Origin: Vicugna vicugna
Taxonomy: Eukaryota
Direction of reading: 5' to 3'
Assembly (NCBI GenBank): GCA_013265495.1
Contig: MU058718.1
Location: forward strand, 2,379,779 to 2,443,778
Length of the DNA stretch: 64,000 nt
A program made the position numbers and the translations under genes. The notes beneath the pieces are model-generated. The model was given only the letters and a program-made list of their open reading frames with translations, did no database searches and was not told the DNA's origin. Shown in pieces: positions 50,900 to 64,000 of this stretch (the first letter of the stretch is position 1; each line of letters opens with the position of its first letter).

Positions 50900-53490
50900 A
50901 TAAATCAATAAGCAACTCGCAGACCACCTTTTATAAATGGGGAAAAGACTAACAGATCCTTCACAGACAGGGATAGCCAAAGGCCAATAAACACATGAAA
51001 AAGTGCATTCAGGAATATGCAAGTTAACACCACAATATGATACCACTATACAGTCCCAGAATACAAATTAATACACTCTATTTGGGAAGACTGCTTGGCA
51101 TTGTTTTACCAAGGACAAAACTTAAGTCCTAGAAATTACATTCACAGTTATATCCTTAACAGAAATGCATGTATATGTTCCCAAAAGATGTGTATAAGAA
51201 TATCTAAATAGCCCCAATTAGAAATAACTCAAGTATCTATCTACAACAGAATGGATTAATCTATTGGGATAAATTCATACCATGGAACACTATACACTAC
51301 AACAATGAGAATAAACAAAATAGCTCTTTGAACACCATGGAAGAATTTCAAAAGCATAACACTGAAGGAAATAAAAAGCCAAATACATACTGCGTGGGTT
51401 TTTTTCTATTTCTATAAAGTTCAAAAGCAGACAAAATTAATATACAATATTAGAAGTCAAGAAAGTAGCAACCCTTTGTGGGTGAGGTTGGTAGCTAAAA
51501 GGGGATTTTTAGGGGCCTGAGATTCTGGTGGTATTCTGTTTCTTGATCTGGATGCTGGTTGCTTAGTGTGTTTACTTTGTGAAAATTCATTATACCACTT
51601 ATAATTTCTATACTTTTCTGTATGTAGACTACAATTTGATAAGAACTGAAACCTTTATAAGGAGACATTGACGAAGACATAAGTAAATTGGGAGATAAAA
51701 CAAACTGATCAATAGATTCAGTGCAATCCCAGTACTAATTCCAGCAGGGTTTTTCTGTTTGTTTTTGGTATAACTTGGCAAGCTTATTATATAGTTTATA
51801 CAGAAATGCAAAACACTAAGATTAGCAAGGCTCACCAAAAAAAGAATTAAGTAGAAGGATTTAGTGTATGTACCAAGTATTGCTAAACTATAGTCACTAA
51901 GACAACAGGCCAATGGAATAATCTAGAAAGACTAGAAATAGACCTAAAAATTGGAAATTTGATATGTGACACATAATATTTACTATCAATGAGGAAAGGA
52001 TGAAATTCCCAATAAAAAGTTCAATTGGAGACAACTGGTTATTTATGTGGTAAAAATGCAAAACTGGATACCCGTATCACACCATACATAAAATAAATTA
52101 CAGGTAAATTAAAACCCAAGAGTGAAGGCAAAACTATCAAGCTTTTATAAAATAATGTGGAAAAATATTTCATGATTCCAGGCTAGGAAAAAATTTCTCA
52201 AATTGGACATAAAAAGCTCAACCATGAAATAGATGCTTAGTAAAACAGATTCCAATAAAATAAACACTTGCGTTCATTAAGAGTCACTATAAAGAGACTG
52301 AAAGACAGATTACAGAATGGGAATAGATTTTTCCAACACATATAACTACCAAAGTAACAGTAGATGGGACATCTGCAAGTCAAGAAAGACAGATAGATGA
52401 CAAACCTTGGCAAAAGACTTGAACAAGTTTTATAAAAAGAGAATTTCCCTACAGCCAATAAATATATGAAAAGGTGTATATCATTAATAACAAGGAAGAC
52501 ACATTAAAACCTCAATGAGATACTATTATAAAGTTATCAGAAGTGCTAAAAAAGTCCAAAAGTAAGTGTTGACAAAGATGTGGAGCAATGGGAGCTACCA
52601 AACGAGGCTGGTGGTAGTGTAAATTTGAAAATTTTTATAATATAATAAAATTGATGATGCACATAACCTACAATTCTGAAATTCCACCCCTAGGTATATG
52701 CCTTAGACATACTCTTTTACACATCTGACACAATACATGATAAAATAGTTAAGGCAGCATTATTTGTAATAAACAAATCTGGAAACAACTCAAATGTTCA
52801 TTGACAACATATGATATATTCACACAACAGAATACTATTCAGCAATAACACTGTCAGAACTGTAGCCACACATACGGTGAGCTGAATCTCAAACATAATA
52901 TGCAGTGGATGCTGCCTAGATCCCATTTATTCAGGCCAGCACATCCATCCCTCAGCTCCTGTGACTACTTGCTGCTAATGGTTCACAGGTGGCCCCTGCT
53001 CTAGAAAATTGCCCTGGGCCTGAAGGGCACTCCCAGCACATCCCGGCCAAAGATTGCTTCCGACATGTGGGACCAACACTGTGATGCTTTCCAGGCTTCA
53101 GGGTCCCTTTGGGATACAACTGAAGCTGAGACCTTATCCTTGCTTAGCTCTTGTCCCTGCTTCCTTCTCCACCTTTCTCCTGAGAGCACAAACTCCACAA
53201 ATCACACACACCTAAATGCCTGTCCTCTTCTCTGCATGTGAGGAATATGACCTGAGACATAGTGCTAAGCTAGGGAGAAAGACCACAGAAGAGTACATGT
53301 ATTATTATAGACATGTATGTGGTAAAATAAAGTGAAGACATGGTTATCCCAACATCAGGATAGTGTTTACCTCTGGTTCTGTTTCCTGACTTGCATGGTA
53401 TTTAAGTGGATGTTCACTTTATAACTACTATTTAAACAATATACGCCATGTTTTATGCACCATTTAGTATGCGTGATACACACAATAAAG
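50900..53490 (+). mobile_element. Cluster of ancient L1M 3' fragments with an LTR16-like insert (about 52905-53260)
   Basis: Decayed ORF2/3' motifs (atagattcagtgcaatccc, tatcacaccatacataaaataaatt, ccacccctaggtatatgcc); TG...ACA-bounded insert ending gacctgagaca. Confidence 0.6.
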
Positions 53491-53724
53491 GAAACACTTC
53501 CAAGGAATTGGAGAGATTGTTTTGTTTCCACTTAAATAAAAATATACTTCCTAATCAGAGAAGATGAACTGTTCAATCTCTGCTTTTCTACATTTGCTGA
53601 GATTTTCCTTGTAGCCTAATATACCACCAAGGCTTGTAACTGTTTCATGTATCATATTTATCAATAAAATATGCTACAGATTTGTATATAATTTGTATGT
53701 CCATTAATTTAACAGTAATGATTG

Positions 53725-54250
53725 CATGAATTATCTATGGCTGCAGAAAACATTACCCCCAAATTTAGTGACTTAAAACATTTCTCTCACGGTTTCTGTG
53801 GGTCAGGAATCTGGGTGCCAATTAGCTGGATCCTCTGGGTCTCTCTCAAGGTTGCAGTCAAGGTGTTGGCGGGGGCTGCATTCACCTCAAGGCTGGATTT
53901 TCAAAAGACTCCACTTCTAAGAACACTCATGTGGCTGTAGGAGGATTCAGTTCCTTGTGAGTCGATGCACTGAGGCCTTCAGCTCCATGCTGGCTGTTGG
54001 CTAGAGACTCCCCTGTTTTTTGCCCATATGAGCCTCACGCAATGTGGCAGCTGGCTTCCATCAGAGCAAGCAAGCAAGGCTGAAGCCAGTCTTTTTTTGG
54101 TCACCTAAGTTGGAGTGTAACATCCCAGAATTTTTCTTTTTTTTGCTGTGTTACACTCCTTAGGAGCAAGTCTCCAGGTCCAGCTCACACTTGAGGGGAA
54201 AAGATTTCACAAGGGCATGAACACCAGGACTCGGATCCCTGTTAGAACTC
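53725..54250 (-). mobile_element. MaLR LTR (MLT1F/G-like)
   Basis: cccaaatttagtgacttaaaaca...tctcacggtttctgtgggtcaggaat...gttgcagtcaaggtgttggc...caagggcatgaacaccagg. Confidence 0.75.
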
Positions 54251-54503
54251 ACCAGCTGGCTTCTCCTTTGTTACTCTGGAGAATCGCTTTTATCAAATAA
54301 ATAAAATCCTGACTAATACTCATCCTGGACTGCAGTGTACAGAGTTGGCACAAAGCAACTGGATCACAAATTAACATCTAACAGCCAGAGATTCTGTACT
54401 GAATGGTCACTGGCAAAGCCCACTGGGGTCCCCGAAAAAAAATAAGAGGGAATCTAGATGATAAAGTCTAAGTTCTTTTGTGCTTAGTCTGGTTTCACTT
54501 GCC

Positions 54504-54877
54504 TGTAGGGGTCCGTGTGCACCGAATTAGAGTTCGCGGCACAGAACCGCTATGCCGGAGACCCCAGCTTGACCGGCTGTGTGCAGAAGCGACCTGCGCC
54601 ACACCTCAGTTCAAGATGGCGGCGGCCGTGCGCAGAGACGCTGCGCCCCGCACAGCGTGCGACCTGGCGCCGGAGCAGCTCAGCTGCGCCCACACGCGGA
54701 AACCCCGCCCCCTCCCGCTGGGGAAATCCCCGTGGAGCGGCCCCGCCCACAGCGTGTGCGCAGAGCCTGTGCTCCAGGGCGGGAGCCCGCCCCTCCAGAC
54801 TTTGATCAAGGAATAAAGCCTTTCCTAGGGTCTGAACTGATCTCAGTCGAGTTCTGTTGGTGCAAGCAACACCGACA
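54504..54877 (+). mobile_element. CpG-rich solo-LTR-like element or promoter-like island
   Basis: Starts TGTAGGGG, ends CCGACA, AATAAA at 54812; dense CpG with sharp boundaries; no TSD found. Confidence 0.55.
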
Positions 54878-57347
54878 GGAGGACCTTCATTGGGTCCAAA
54901 CTGGAAAGAGCCATAACGTTATGACTTTGAGTGTGAAGCTCGTGTTTGAAACACTGTTCATTCTCTCTGCCCACCATATCATTTTACATAAGGCATATAT
55001 CTTTTACAGTCGCTCAAGCTGTTGAGAGTGGGTTTGAGCTGCTCTGGGAGTCACTTCATGTCTTTTTGGTGGTACTTACAAGGCCTCCAAAGTGAATGGC
55101 AGGTCTGTGTCAGCCTATGCTTACAGACAGACCATCCTCAATATATAATACTGAATAAAAATCATCTGAGTTTTGAGTGATGGGACAACAAAAATAGAAA
55201 TACATGTAAATAAATGTCTTTGTCATTTGATCTACTTTTGACTGATGGTAGAGTGAAAATCGTAACAATAGTGATTTTTCAATTTCTTATGTTGCTAGTG
55301 CTTTTTCTTTTGTATTTTTATTGCCATATTGTTTGGTAAAAATAAGTCAAGGCTGTAAGGTAGTCACTTGTATTGTATCTTATAGCCACAGATTGACTTT
55401 TTAACCATTTAACTATTTAAAACTTACCTTAAATTCTACTTTGCCTGATATTACCATTTGTTCCCATTTGAAGGCTAGATATTTGTCCCATTTTAGTTTT
55501 TGCAGGAGGTCATTTTATTTTGGATGTCAATTACAACCAGTAAATCATTGCACTTTTGTCTTTTTAACCTAATTGAGAACTCAGTGATTTTTAAATCTGG
55601 GGGAGTTAAAGAAGTCTTCCCCAGTTCATTGCGAATTGTGTTGCATGGCACTTACTGTTTTCATATCCTATTTTGTACCAATAAGAAATTGATGTCAGCA
55701 AATTACCAATCTCATTGTTTGCCCAGGTATCTATACAATGCACTACTAGACTAATCTTAAACATCACTTTGATTTAGGGTTTTAAGATCTTTGCCCCATA
55801 CTGCAACATTTATCCTACATTGTATTATTTTTAACTTCTAATTTGTTCTGTTTCCAATTAATTCTAAAAGCTTTCTATGAATTAAGAATCATTATAAGGC
55901 CCTATGAGCTTGAATTAAAATATACTTTCTTATAAGATTTTGACTTGACTGTATCTTATTATTTTCACTGGTTTTAGGATTTAAGTAGCAAAAAGTAAAA
56001 AAAAATAATAAAATCAAGTTCATTTCTTCTTTCTATATTTGATTTCACTTACTCTGTAACCAGAGCATGGATGGATTCACTGCAAATATCTTTAAGGCTA
56101 GACTGACTCCTGAGTATATGTAGTTTTTAAAAAAATTGTCTGGCAGATTGAAACTTTCACCTCACTGATATCACGTGAGATCTGCTGATTTGTTTCAAGT
56201 TAGGCAATTGTGGAAAAGCAGAGAGAGTAAGCCTTTACTACTTACCACCCCTTACCTGTAAATTCAGCTTTCCTCCACCAGAGGTCGTACTGGGAATACC
56301 CAGGCCCGCAATCCCAGCCTCACTCCTGAGAGGAATTACAAGAGAAGGCACCAAACACTCTGCGCCAGTAAGACAAAGCTGTTTGTACAGTCTTTGAATT
56401 GCCTAATAACCTTTTTATACTGTTAATTGTGAATTTCCACTTCCTGGATAACACTGAAACACACGTTAATTTCCAGAATGTCTATGACAGTAGGAAAAAT
56501 ATGGAGCAAAAATATTTTCTCTTGTATTTTATTATTCTCACCTTTGGGTAGAAAAATTCTACCCAAAAATATGAGAAAAATTCTTTTATGCCAAAGCAAG
56601 ACCGTTCCTCTCAGATACAGAGAAATCTCAGACCAAGTTATTGCAACCTCTTATTAAGTATACTTATGTTTTTGGGAAATCATGAGAGAGGGAAACTTTT
56701 AATCAATGTATGTTTATAATCTATTTTTGCCCTTCCACAGTTCATGTTTTTAGGGGAAAAAAATAAAATATGAGTGAGTATGTAGTCCTCAAATATTTTG
56801 AAGCCTGGAAAGGAGGATGGAACATAGAATGTATTTCTAAAAATATATAAAGGTCAAATTACAAAACTTTAGAAATAGCTATACATGTTTTAATGGAGAT
56901 TTCTATAGAGAGTTAAAAATAAAGCATTAATTCCCTAATGAAAGCTCATTTTTAGATAAAATCTCTGATAATGTGTTTTGTGAAGGAGTGCCCTTTAGTT
57001 GGTTTTCTTTCACCACAGAACAACTGTCAGGGTTGGGCCCAACAAGCATCTGCAGGAGGATGAAGCAGCAGCACGTCTGAGGGGGCATCTTACCCTCCAT
57101 GGGCCAAAGGCTCCTCACTGTCATTAGTACTTAGAGCACCTAAATTCATGATCCATGAGAGCAACCTGTATGTAAATATTGTATCAGCCTTGTGAACATT
57201 ACAGATAAAGTGCTATTGGGAGTCAGGTGTCAGTGATTACCTACAACTGAAAAGATCCGAGAATCAGAGGTCAGAGAAACATTATGGATGGGGAGTCTTT
57301 TGCATATTGTTTGTTTTTTGTGGGGGTGTATTTTCTTTTTTTGGTGG

Positions 57348-57545
57348 AGCAGCGGTTCTCAGATTTGAACATGCATGAGAATCACCTGGAGGGTGTGTTA
57401 AAGCCCAGTCTGCAGAGCCCACCTCCCAAGATTCTGATTGAGTAGGCATTGGGTGGGGTCAGAGAATGTATGATTCTAACAAGTTGCAAGAGATTCTGAC
57501 ACTGCCCGTCTAGGACCACACCTTGAAAAAGCACTGGCCTAGAGC
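57348..57545. mobile_element. MER5A-like hAT-Charlie element
   Basis: agcagcggttctcagatttgaacatgcatgagaatcacctggaggg...gattctgattgagtagg...ttctaacaagtt...ggaccacaccttga. Confidence 0.8.
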
Positions 57546-60500
57546 ACAGAAATCTTCAATTAAATGAGCAAAGAGGCTGTGTGGCTAGTGAGTGTCTGAG
57601 GCCATCTCACTGCTTAGTATGTGTTGGAGCCTTTCTCGCCCCTCAAGCTTCAGGAATACCTGGCCCAGTCAGCCTTTGATGGACATTTGGAACTAAATAA
57701 TAGTCCTAACTGTTAGCTGTTTATTAATGTGGCTGAGTAGTATGTAATTAAAATCCACAGATGGCCCAGAAACTTCTTTAAAGTCAGTAACTGCAATCTT
57801 CTTGGGAATGTAAGGAGAAAAAAAAAAGGAAAAGAGATTTTCCAGAATTTTCCCCTGCCTTAACTTGTCCCTGAGTATATTGAAAGAAGAATAAAGGCAA
57901 AACTGAGTCAGAAGTTGGAATCCTCCCATCAGCCTTACCTACTAAAAAGCTGCACAGCTCACCTCTCCCTGCCACTGCTTGACTTCAGCTCCTCTTCACC
58001 TCTTTCCCTCCCTAACAGCAGGGCACACCCAGGCCTGCATATTATGGGGTCTTTGTGCCTCCTCCAAGTGGAAAGATCATCCAAAGGGGCCCTTTCTTCT
58101 CAGCTGATGCAGACCACTGTCAGGCAAGCAGCCAAACTAGTGAGTCCCACTTACTTCCTTAGCCACTGCCCTGGTCTCCTGCACCGACTGCACAACCACT
58201 CCCACCTCATCTGATGCCCCTACCTGCCCACCCACAGTCCATGCCACCAGCATGACCTTCCTCCAACTCTATGCTGACTGCACCCTGGCTTCAAAGTCTC
58301 CAGCAAGTATGCAGGGCTACAAGTACCCCAACCCTCCTCTGCCACACCCAACACCCCTTATAGTATGAAAACTGCCTCTCTTTTCAGCCTCTCTTCCTGC
58401 CTCCTCTGCTCATAACTCCCAAGCTTCTGCCAAATGGAGCTGCTGGTTAAGCCTGGACATGCCATAGTCCTTTATTTCTGCCTGGCTTTACACATACCAT
58501 TCCTTTAATCTAGAAAGCTTTCCCTTCATGCCTTTCCCCCTTGTCTTCTCAGCCCATTTCTATTCATTCTTTTAAAAAAAAATTCATGTGAAAGAAATAT
58601 TGACTTATTATTTTAAAACCTGGAATACAAAGAATTATGGGGGAAATGTCCATTAAAAAAGTTCACTGGGGTTCATACTTTCTTTATTTTTTCAAGATAT
58701 TTTCTATGCATATATATTTGTGGATCATACCTTAAAATAGTTTGTATCATGCTTTTTTTTTTCACCTAGAATTACAGTATAAGCTTTTTAATTTTTAGAA
58801 ATTATTTGAAAACTTTTTAATGGCTGCATAATTTTCATGTATTTGTGTGTGTATATGTATATATATATACATATATATATTTGTTTGAGTTTAACCCTTG
58901 TTTCAGTCATCTAGATGGTTTCCTTTTCTTTTTTCTTTTTTTTTTTGCTATTATAAAGAACATTACAAGGAAGAGTTCTGCACATTAACTGTGACAGCCC
59001 CTCTGATTATTTTCTGGGAGAGAATTCTTGAGTGGAGTCACTGGAATGGAAAAAAAGAACACTTTAGGCTCTTGATATGCACTATCAGGTTGCTATCAAG
59101 AAAAGGTGGACACATTTACAAACTCACCAGGGGAGCATGGATATTCCTTTTACTTAATAACAGCCTCTCTGTTATTGAGAGTCATAATTATTTTTGTGTG
59201 TGGTCCTTGATAACTTGATTTTAATTTTGCACTTCTTTGATTGGACAGGAATTTTTTTCTACATTTATTAACTATATGCATTTCCTCTTATGTAAGCTGT
59301 CTATTTTTGTCCTTTGTTCAGTTTTCAACTAGGGGTCAAAATTCCTACCCGTCTTCAGTACTTGACTTAAGCATCAAATATCAAGATGCTTAAGGTAAGC
59401 ATCTTTTATAACCCCACATCCCGTCCCTAGTTGGCACTCCTCTTCTAATAGGACTGTGTGTGCACATGTACTGTTGGAATTTCAATTCTGTGTTATAATT
59501 GTTTACATCCCTGTCTCCTCCACTGGACAATGAGCAACTCTTAGGCTAGGACTGAGTCTCATGTATTTTTTTCTCTTAGTACGTAATCAATTGCCTGGCA
59601 CAAGGTATGTGTCAATTAAGACTTACTTAATGATCTAATGAATCAATCAATGAAGAACATTGAATAGTTAACTTTTAACGTGGATTTCATCCAGACGGTC
59701 TATCTATATTCTGTATTAAACAGAAAAGACTACCAAGTTCTTGGATAAACCTATGCAAATTTGTTTAAAAAAATACATATGCTAATAGAAAAGCCTATAA
59801 AATCCCACGGTATTAAACCACTAGAGAATGAAAGACTGCTGGCAACTGTTCACTCAAAAAACAAAACCCCAAAACTAAACCCTTTCTTTCATTTAAAGAA
59901 AAGTAATTTTCTTTGCAAAATATTATAAAATTGTGTTTATTGATTTGTCTGGGAACTTTGAAATGATCTTGACAGTTATCATAACACACCTTCCAAAAGG
60001 GGAGCACAAAAATATGCAATTCCTCTGACAATAAAATACAAATGTACTCACACATTAAATATACAAACGAGAGTTAAACTTGAAAACAAGTGCATTTTCC
60101 ATCACGACACACTCTCAAATTATAATTCATGTATTCCTAAACTGGCCATTTCACAGTTTTGCTACAAACAAGAAATAACACATATAGATCCAAGTTATAC
60201 CACCTCTAAGATAAACCAGAGTGAAAAATGGGTCTACTGCTAAGCTGGATATAAGGCAAATACTCCGCTCTTTGAAAGGGATGGCTGAATGAGGGTCTCG
60301 GGCTACTCAAATGTAGCCAGCTTTCTAGCTCCGAGTCCGAGTGTGTCGGGTACAAGGGGACCCCAGAGATGTTGAAACCCCTCTGACACCCCTATATGTT
60401 CTTGTCACCGAAGGTGAGTGTTCTTACCTGCAAGCTGGGTCTACAGCCTCTTAATTGGTTTAACAGCTGCAGCCGTGTTTTCCCCACTTTTCCCTTTTGG

Positions 60501-63039
60501 TTATAGTGTTACTAACCTTTGTAAACACTTAAATGTGCAATTAAAGTGCTTGGTTGTACTCCATCTGAGCCACATTCTGTTCTAGTTTGAAGGCCTGGCT
60601 CTCTGGAACCTCAATAAGATCTTACTGTCGCCACCAAGAGCAGAACATGGCTGTGGACAGGTAGATGTGAAGGTCATTGCCATCGCTCCCAGCTGAGGCT
60701 GACTGAGTCCCGAGTGGGCCTGTTGCTGTGCTGAATGACAGGCTGGATCACAGGCAAAGGTAGTAAAACGGCTCTCTGGGAATTCATACGTCACTGCTTA
60801 TCAAAGAACCGTAAGTCCCTCCCCCAGCAAAGAATCCATAGATATGATAAATCTATAAAATGGAGTTTCCAAAAAGTGAAACATTTAGTAGCTCACTCCC
60901 AAATTTTCATTCCTACTGACACCCCTACCTCAAATCACAAGAAATTGGGCTTCAAATGATAAAAATAATTTTTTCTTCTCAGGGTTGTAGGCCATAGTCA
61001 CATCTTGCCCTGTGTTTACTTATTTATAGCTTCACCTCTTCACACAAGGCAGTGAGCATTCTCTCAGAGAATGGCTGGGGAGACAGACCGTCCAAACACT
61101 GGACCTGGTTATATTTCCCACTTCCCTTCTTGGAGGAGCAGCTATAATTCAGGCTATACCTGCACCAATAGGCAAAGAAAAGACTTAAATGGGGGCAACT
61201 GTGATACAAAATAAACAAATGAGGTTCCCTAGAAATGAAGAGTGTAAGAAATTTTAAGAACACCCATCACATAGTTGTAAATGGTGGTGTTTCTACTGGA
61301 TTTAAGTAAAGACCCAGACATCTCAAGACCTCTCTAAAAAATTAGGGACACCAAGTGCAAATATTGGAACAATTAAAGCATTGTGTTAAGATTTTCAACA
61401 TTGTTTATAATATATGAAATTGCAGTTGCTATCAATAACTCAAAATCCACTGAATTGGTTCATGAATATAGAGTGACAACTCACTAAGGTCAATCAAATA
61501 CTTTTGAAAATACATTTAGGCATCTTGTTATGATATAACTTGTAAGGATATAAATTGCAAGATTTTTTTTTTATCACAATTCTTTGCCAGAAGATGCGAT
61601 ATATTCCTGAGCTTCCCAGAGAGAGTAAAACACTGTCACAGACTGGATTCCACATTACCTTGGCAAGAATCGCTGTGGCAATTTCTATACAGAAGAGGCC
61701 TTATGAAAATCTTGTGGAAAAACATTCGAAATACTGACGTTCTGAAAATGATAAAAATCCATGGGTCCACAATTGAGATCACAGAGAGAAAGCGCAAGGC
61801 TAGGAGGTCTTCAGCTTCTTCAGCAGTTGTATTTTTCTCACGGACAGTTTTAAACGCTCCATAGTAAGCACGATACTGTTTTCAAAGAAAAAGCATTTGA
61901 TTAGGAGAGCGAAAGGTTGATGGCCGCAATACATTCGTTTACTTTACTTAGGAGATATTTGCTTTTCTGTAAGAATATGGAATCTTAGCTTGGAATATTC
62001 ATTTTGGGTAAATCTATAAGCAGCTAAGGCCACTGCAGTGGATGGGTGCAAGTAGGGAGCCGGGAAGGTACAGGGCTGAGTGGGGAGGCTCAGTGGAAGT
62101 CAAGTCCTCCTGGGAGCCCCGACTAAGTCCCTGGAGCTGCTCTCTCTGGGGTGAGTGCTGCAGGGCAGGCTTTGCCAGGTCCCTGCCTGGCCATGCAGAG
62201 GAAGAGCTGAAGTGGGACAAACCCAGTGCACTGAATCCTTTACAAACAGGGTCACCACACTCCCATAGATACAAATTCTCTCCCTTCTTCTGTCTGCCTC
62301 CTGTCCTCTCTTCTTAGTTAGCCCTGAAATAAATCACCTTTGTGAACATGTGTGGAGACACCAATGAAACAGAAACCTTTAATCAATGGGAAGAGAGAGG
62401 AAATAGTCCAATGGGAAGACAGGAAACTTGGGAAAGAACTCAAGTCAACTCATGTAAGTTACTCTACTTATTCTTAGCACAGATGCTTATCTTTCTGTGG
62501 TTGGCATCTTCTTTTCAGGCTAGGAAGGAAAAAACACATAGAAATATATGCCTACTTAACCAGTGCCCAGCCACACCTACTGTCCTGCTCTTTCGTGAGG
62601 TCTCTGTGGCCTCCTGGGGCCCTGCAAACTGCCTCATCCCTCATCTTTTCCTGCCATTCAGCTGTCACTCCTGTCAAGACCAGCAGGACTACTGCCTGCC
62701 ACTCGGTTGGAGGCCAGCCACTTTTTCTCCCTGCTCTTACTTTACCTGTGCCCACTGAGATTCTGAATCCATCACGGGACAAAATGGACTGTAATGGGCC
62801 AGAAAATACGCAAATTCAAAGTTAATGGGAGGAAATAAGAATAAATGCACAGACCAGACTCATTCAAGGCAATCAAGGGATATGAGAAGACGTATGTTCC
62901 CATAACTGTATCCTTTTCTTTTTATTCTCTTTTCTATAGAGCATTTCAGCAGGCTCAGAGACTCCCAACTAATGGACTTAGGAAGGCAGATTTTATCTGG
63001 AAGCCCTTCCCCCATATAATCATGACTTAATAATACTTA

Positions 63040-63475
63040 GTAATAATAATGGCTAATGCCCACACAGAACTTAATATTCCCGGGCACGGTCCTAAGCACT
63101 TTACTTTAAAAACTTCATTTCTTCTCCACAAAAGTCCTGAGATGTATGTTCATTATACCCATTTTACAGATGTGTAAACTGATTATGTGCCCAAATCCTA
63201 CCTTCTTTCCAGGTCGACTTAAAATATTACCCCCTTCATGAAGCCTTTTTGACGTGATGGCCAAGCAAATCAGTTTGAGTTGGATTATCTGGGTTTGAAT
63301 CCCTCACTGCCTATGTGACTTCAGGAAAGTTATTCCTTTTCAGCATTTATACAATGGGGATAATTGCACCTACCTTCCAGGATTGTTATGAAGCTTGAAT
63401 GAGATAGTATGAGTAAAACCTTGAGAACAGGTCCTAGCATATAATAATAACTCGACAATTAGCTAGTATTATTAT
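63040..63475. mobile_element. Two MIR fragments in opposite orientation
   Basis: cccattttacagatgtgtaaactga (reverse); ctgggtttgaatccc...tgtgacttcaggaaagtta...acctaccttccaggattgttatgaag (forward). Confidence 0.7.
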
Positions 63476-64000
63476 TTTATCAATTAGAAGTGAATCCTTT
63501 TCTTCTCTAAACTCCCTTATGTCCCTAATCACTCCCTCTCACCCGCAGTATTACAGCTTATGTGGTTAGATATGGTGTTTTTCTCATTTTATATCCCCAA
63601 AATGAATTACAGTTGTAGGTACCAGATTTGAGCTGAATGAATAAATGGATGACAACAGGCTACACATCCAAGTTGATTGAAAAAGCAAACACTTTACATG
63701 ACTTTGTCTCTACATTTGCTCCTTTCTTCTCAAAGTGGAGTGCAGCAAGATACAATTCTCACTATTTGAGAATGCTTCATTAGTTTGGATCTGGGTAACT
63801 GAATGACACTTATCAAGACAAATACTTCTGTGCAGTATTTATCCATGTCAATTTTATTGCATATTATTAGGTTATTTGTATTTTTAAGTCACTTGATTTG
63901 TCTTCGAAGTGTATGAGTCTACACCTGACATTCTAATTTTATTTATTTATTTTTATTTGTGGGTTTTACTAAAAAAATGACATAAATTTATTCATTTATG

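Noticed and set aside
54478..55025. Overlapping ORFs, including an ATGGCGGCG (MAAA) start, as a new gene's first exon
   Set aside because: No recognisable protein or convincing splice donor; AAGATGGCGG is also a YY1 motif, and AATAAA follows within 200 nt.
60405..60432. Facing consensus splice donors (AAG/GTGAGT on plus, CAG/GTAAG on minus)
   Set aside because: No supporting ORF or partner exon; such short motifs occur by chance in 64 kb.
55000..64000. Exons of the expected neighbouring gene PTGDR
   Set aside because: No prostanoid-receptor-like translation is seen here; if synteny holds it lies beyond the window.

Overview
Mammalian genomic DNA, most likely camelid (two Vic-1-like tRNA-derived SINEs; no Alu, Bov-B/Bov-tA or PRE-1 seen). 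It holds one protein-coding gene, PTGER2 (prostaglandin E2 receptor EP2), on the minus strand: coding exon 1 at 32870-32046, a phase-0 GT-AG intron of about 11.5 kb, and coding exon 2 at 20506-20288, giving a predicted 347 aa. The rest is mostly transposon-derived: three fairly young LINE-1 insertions with target-site duplications (two 5'-inverted by twin priming, one with an in-frame deletion of the RT domain), a near full-length Tigger1, several solo LTRs, and old L1M/L2/MIR/MER fragments. I found no convincing novel multi-gene system. The best leads are an early stop and loop deletions in EP2, a CpG-rich LTR-like element with NF-kB/YY1/Sp1 motifs about 22 kb upstream, a possible extended 3' UTR, the L1 structures, and a roughly 300-bp local duplication. 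Repeat subfamily names and comparisons with human EP2 are from recall, not searches, and old-repeat boundaries are approximate.
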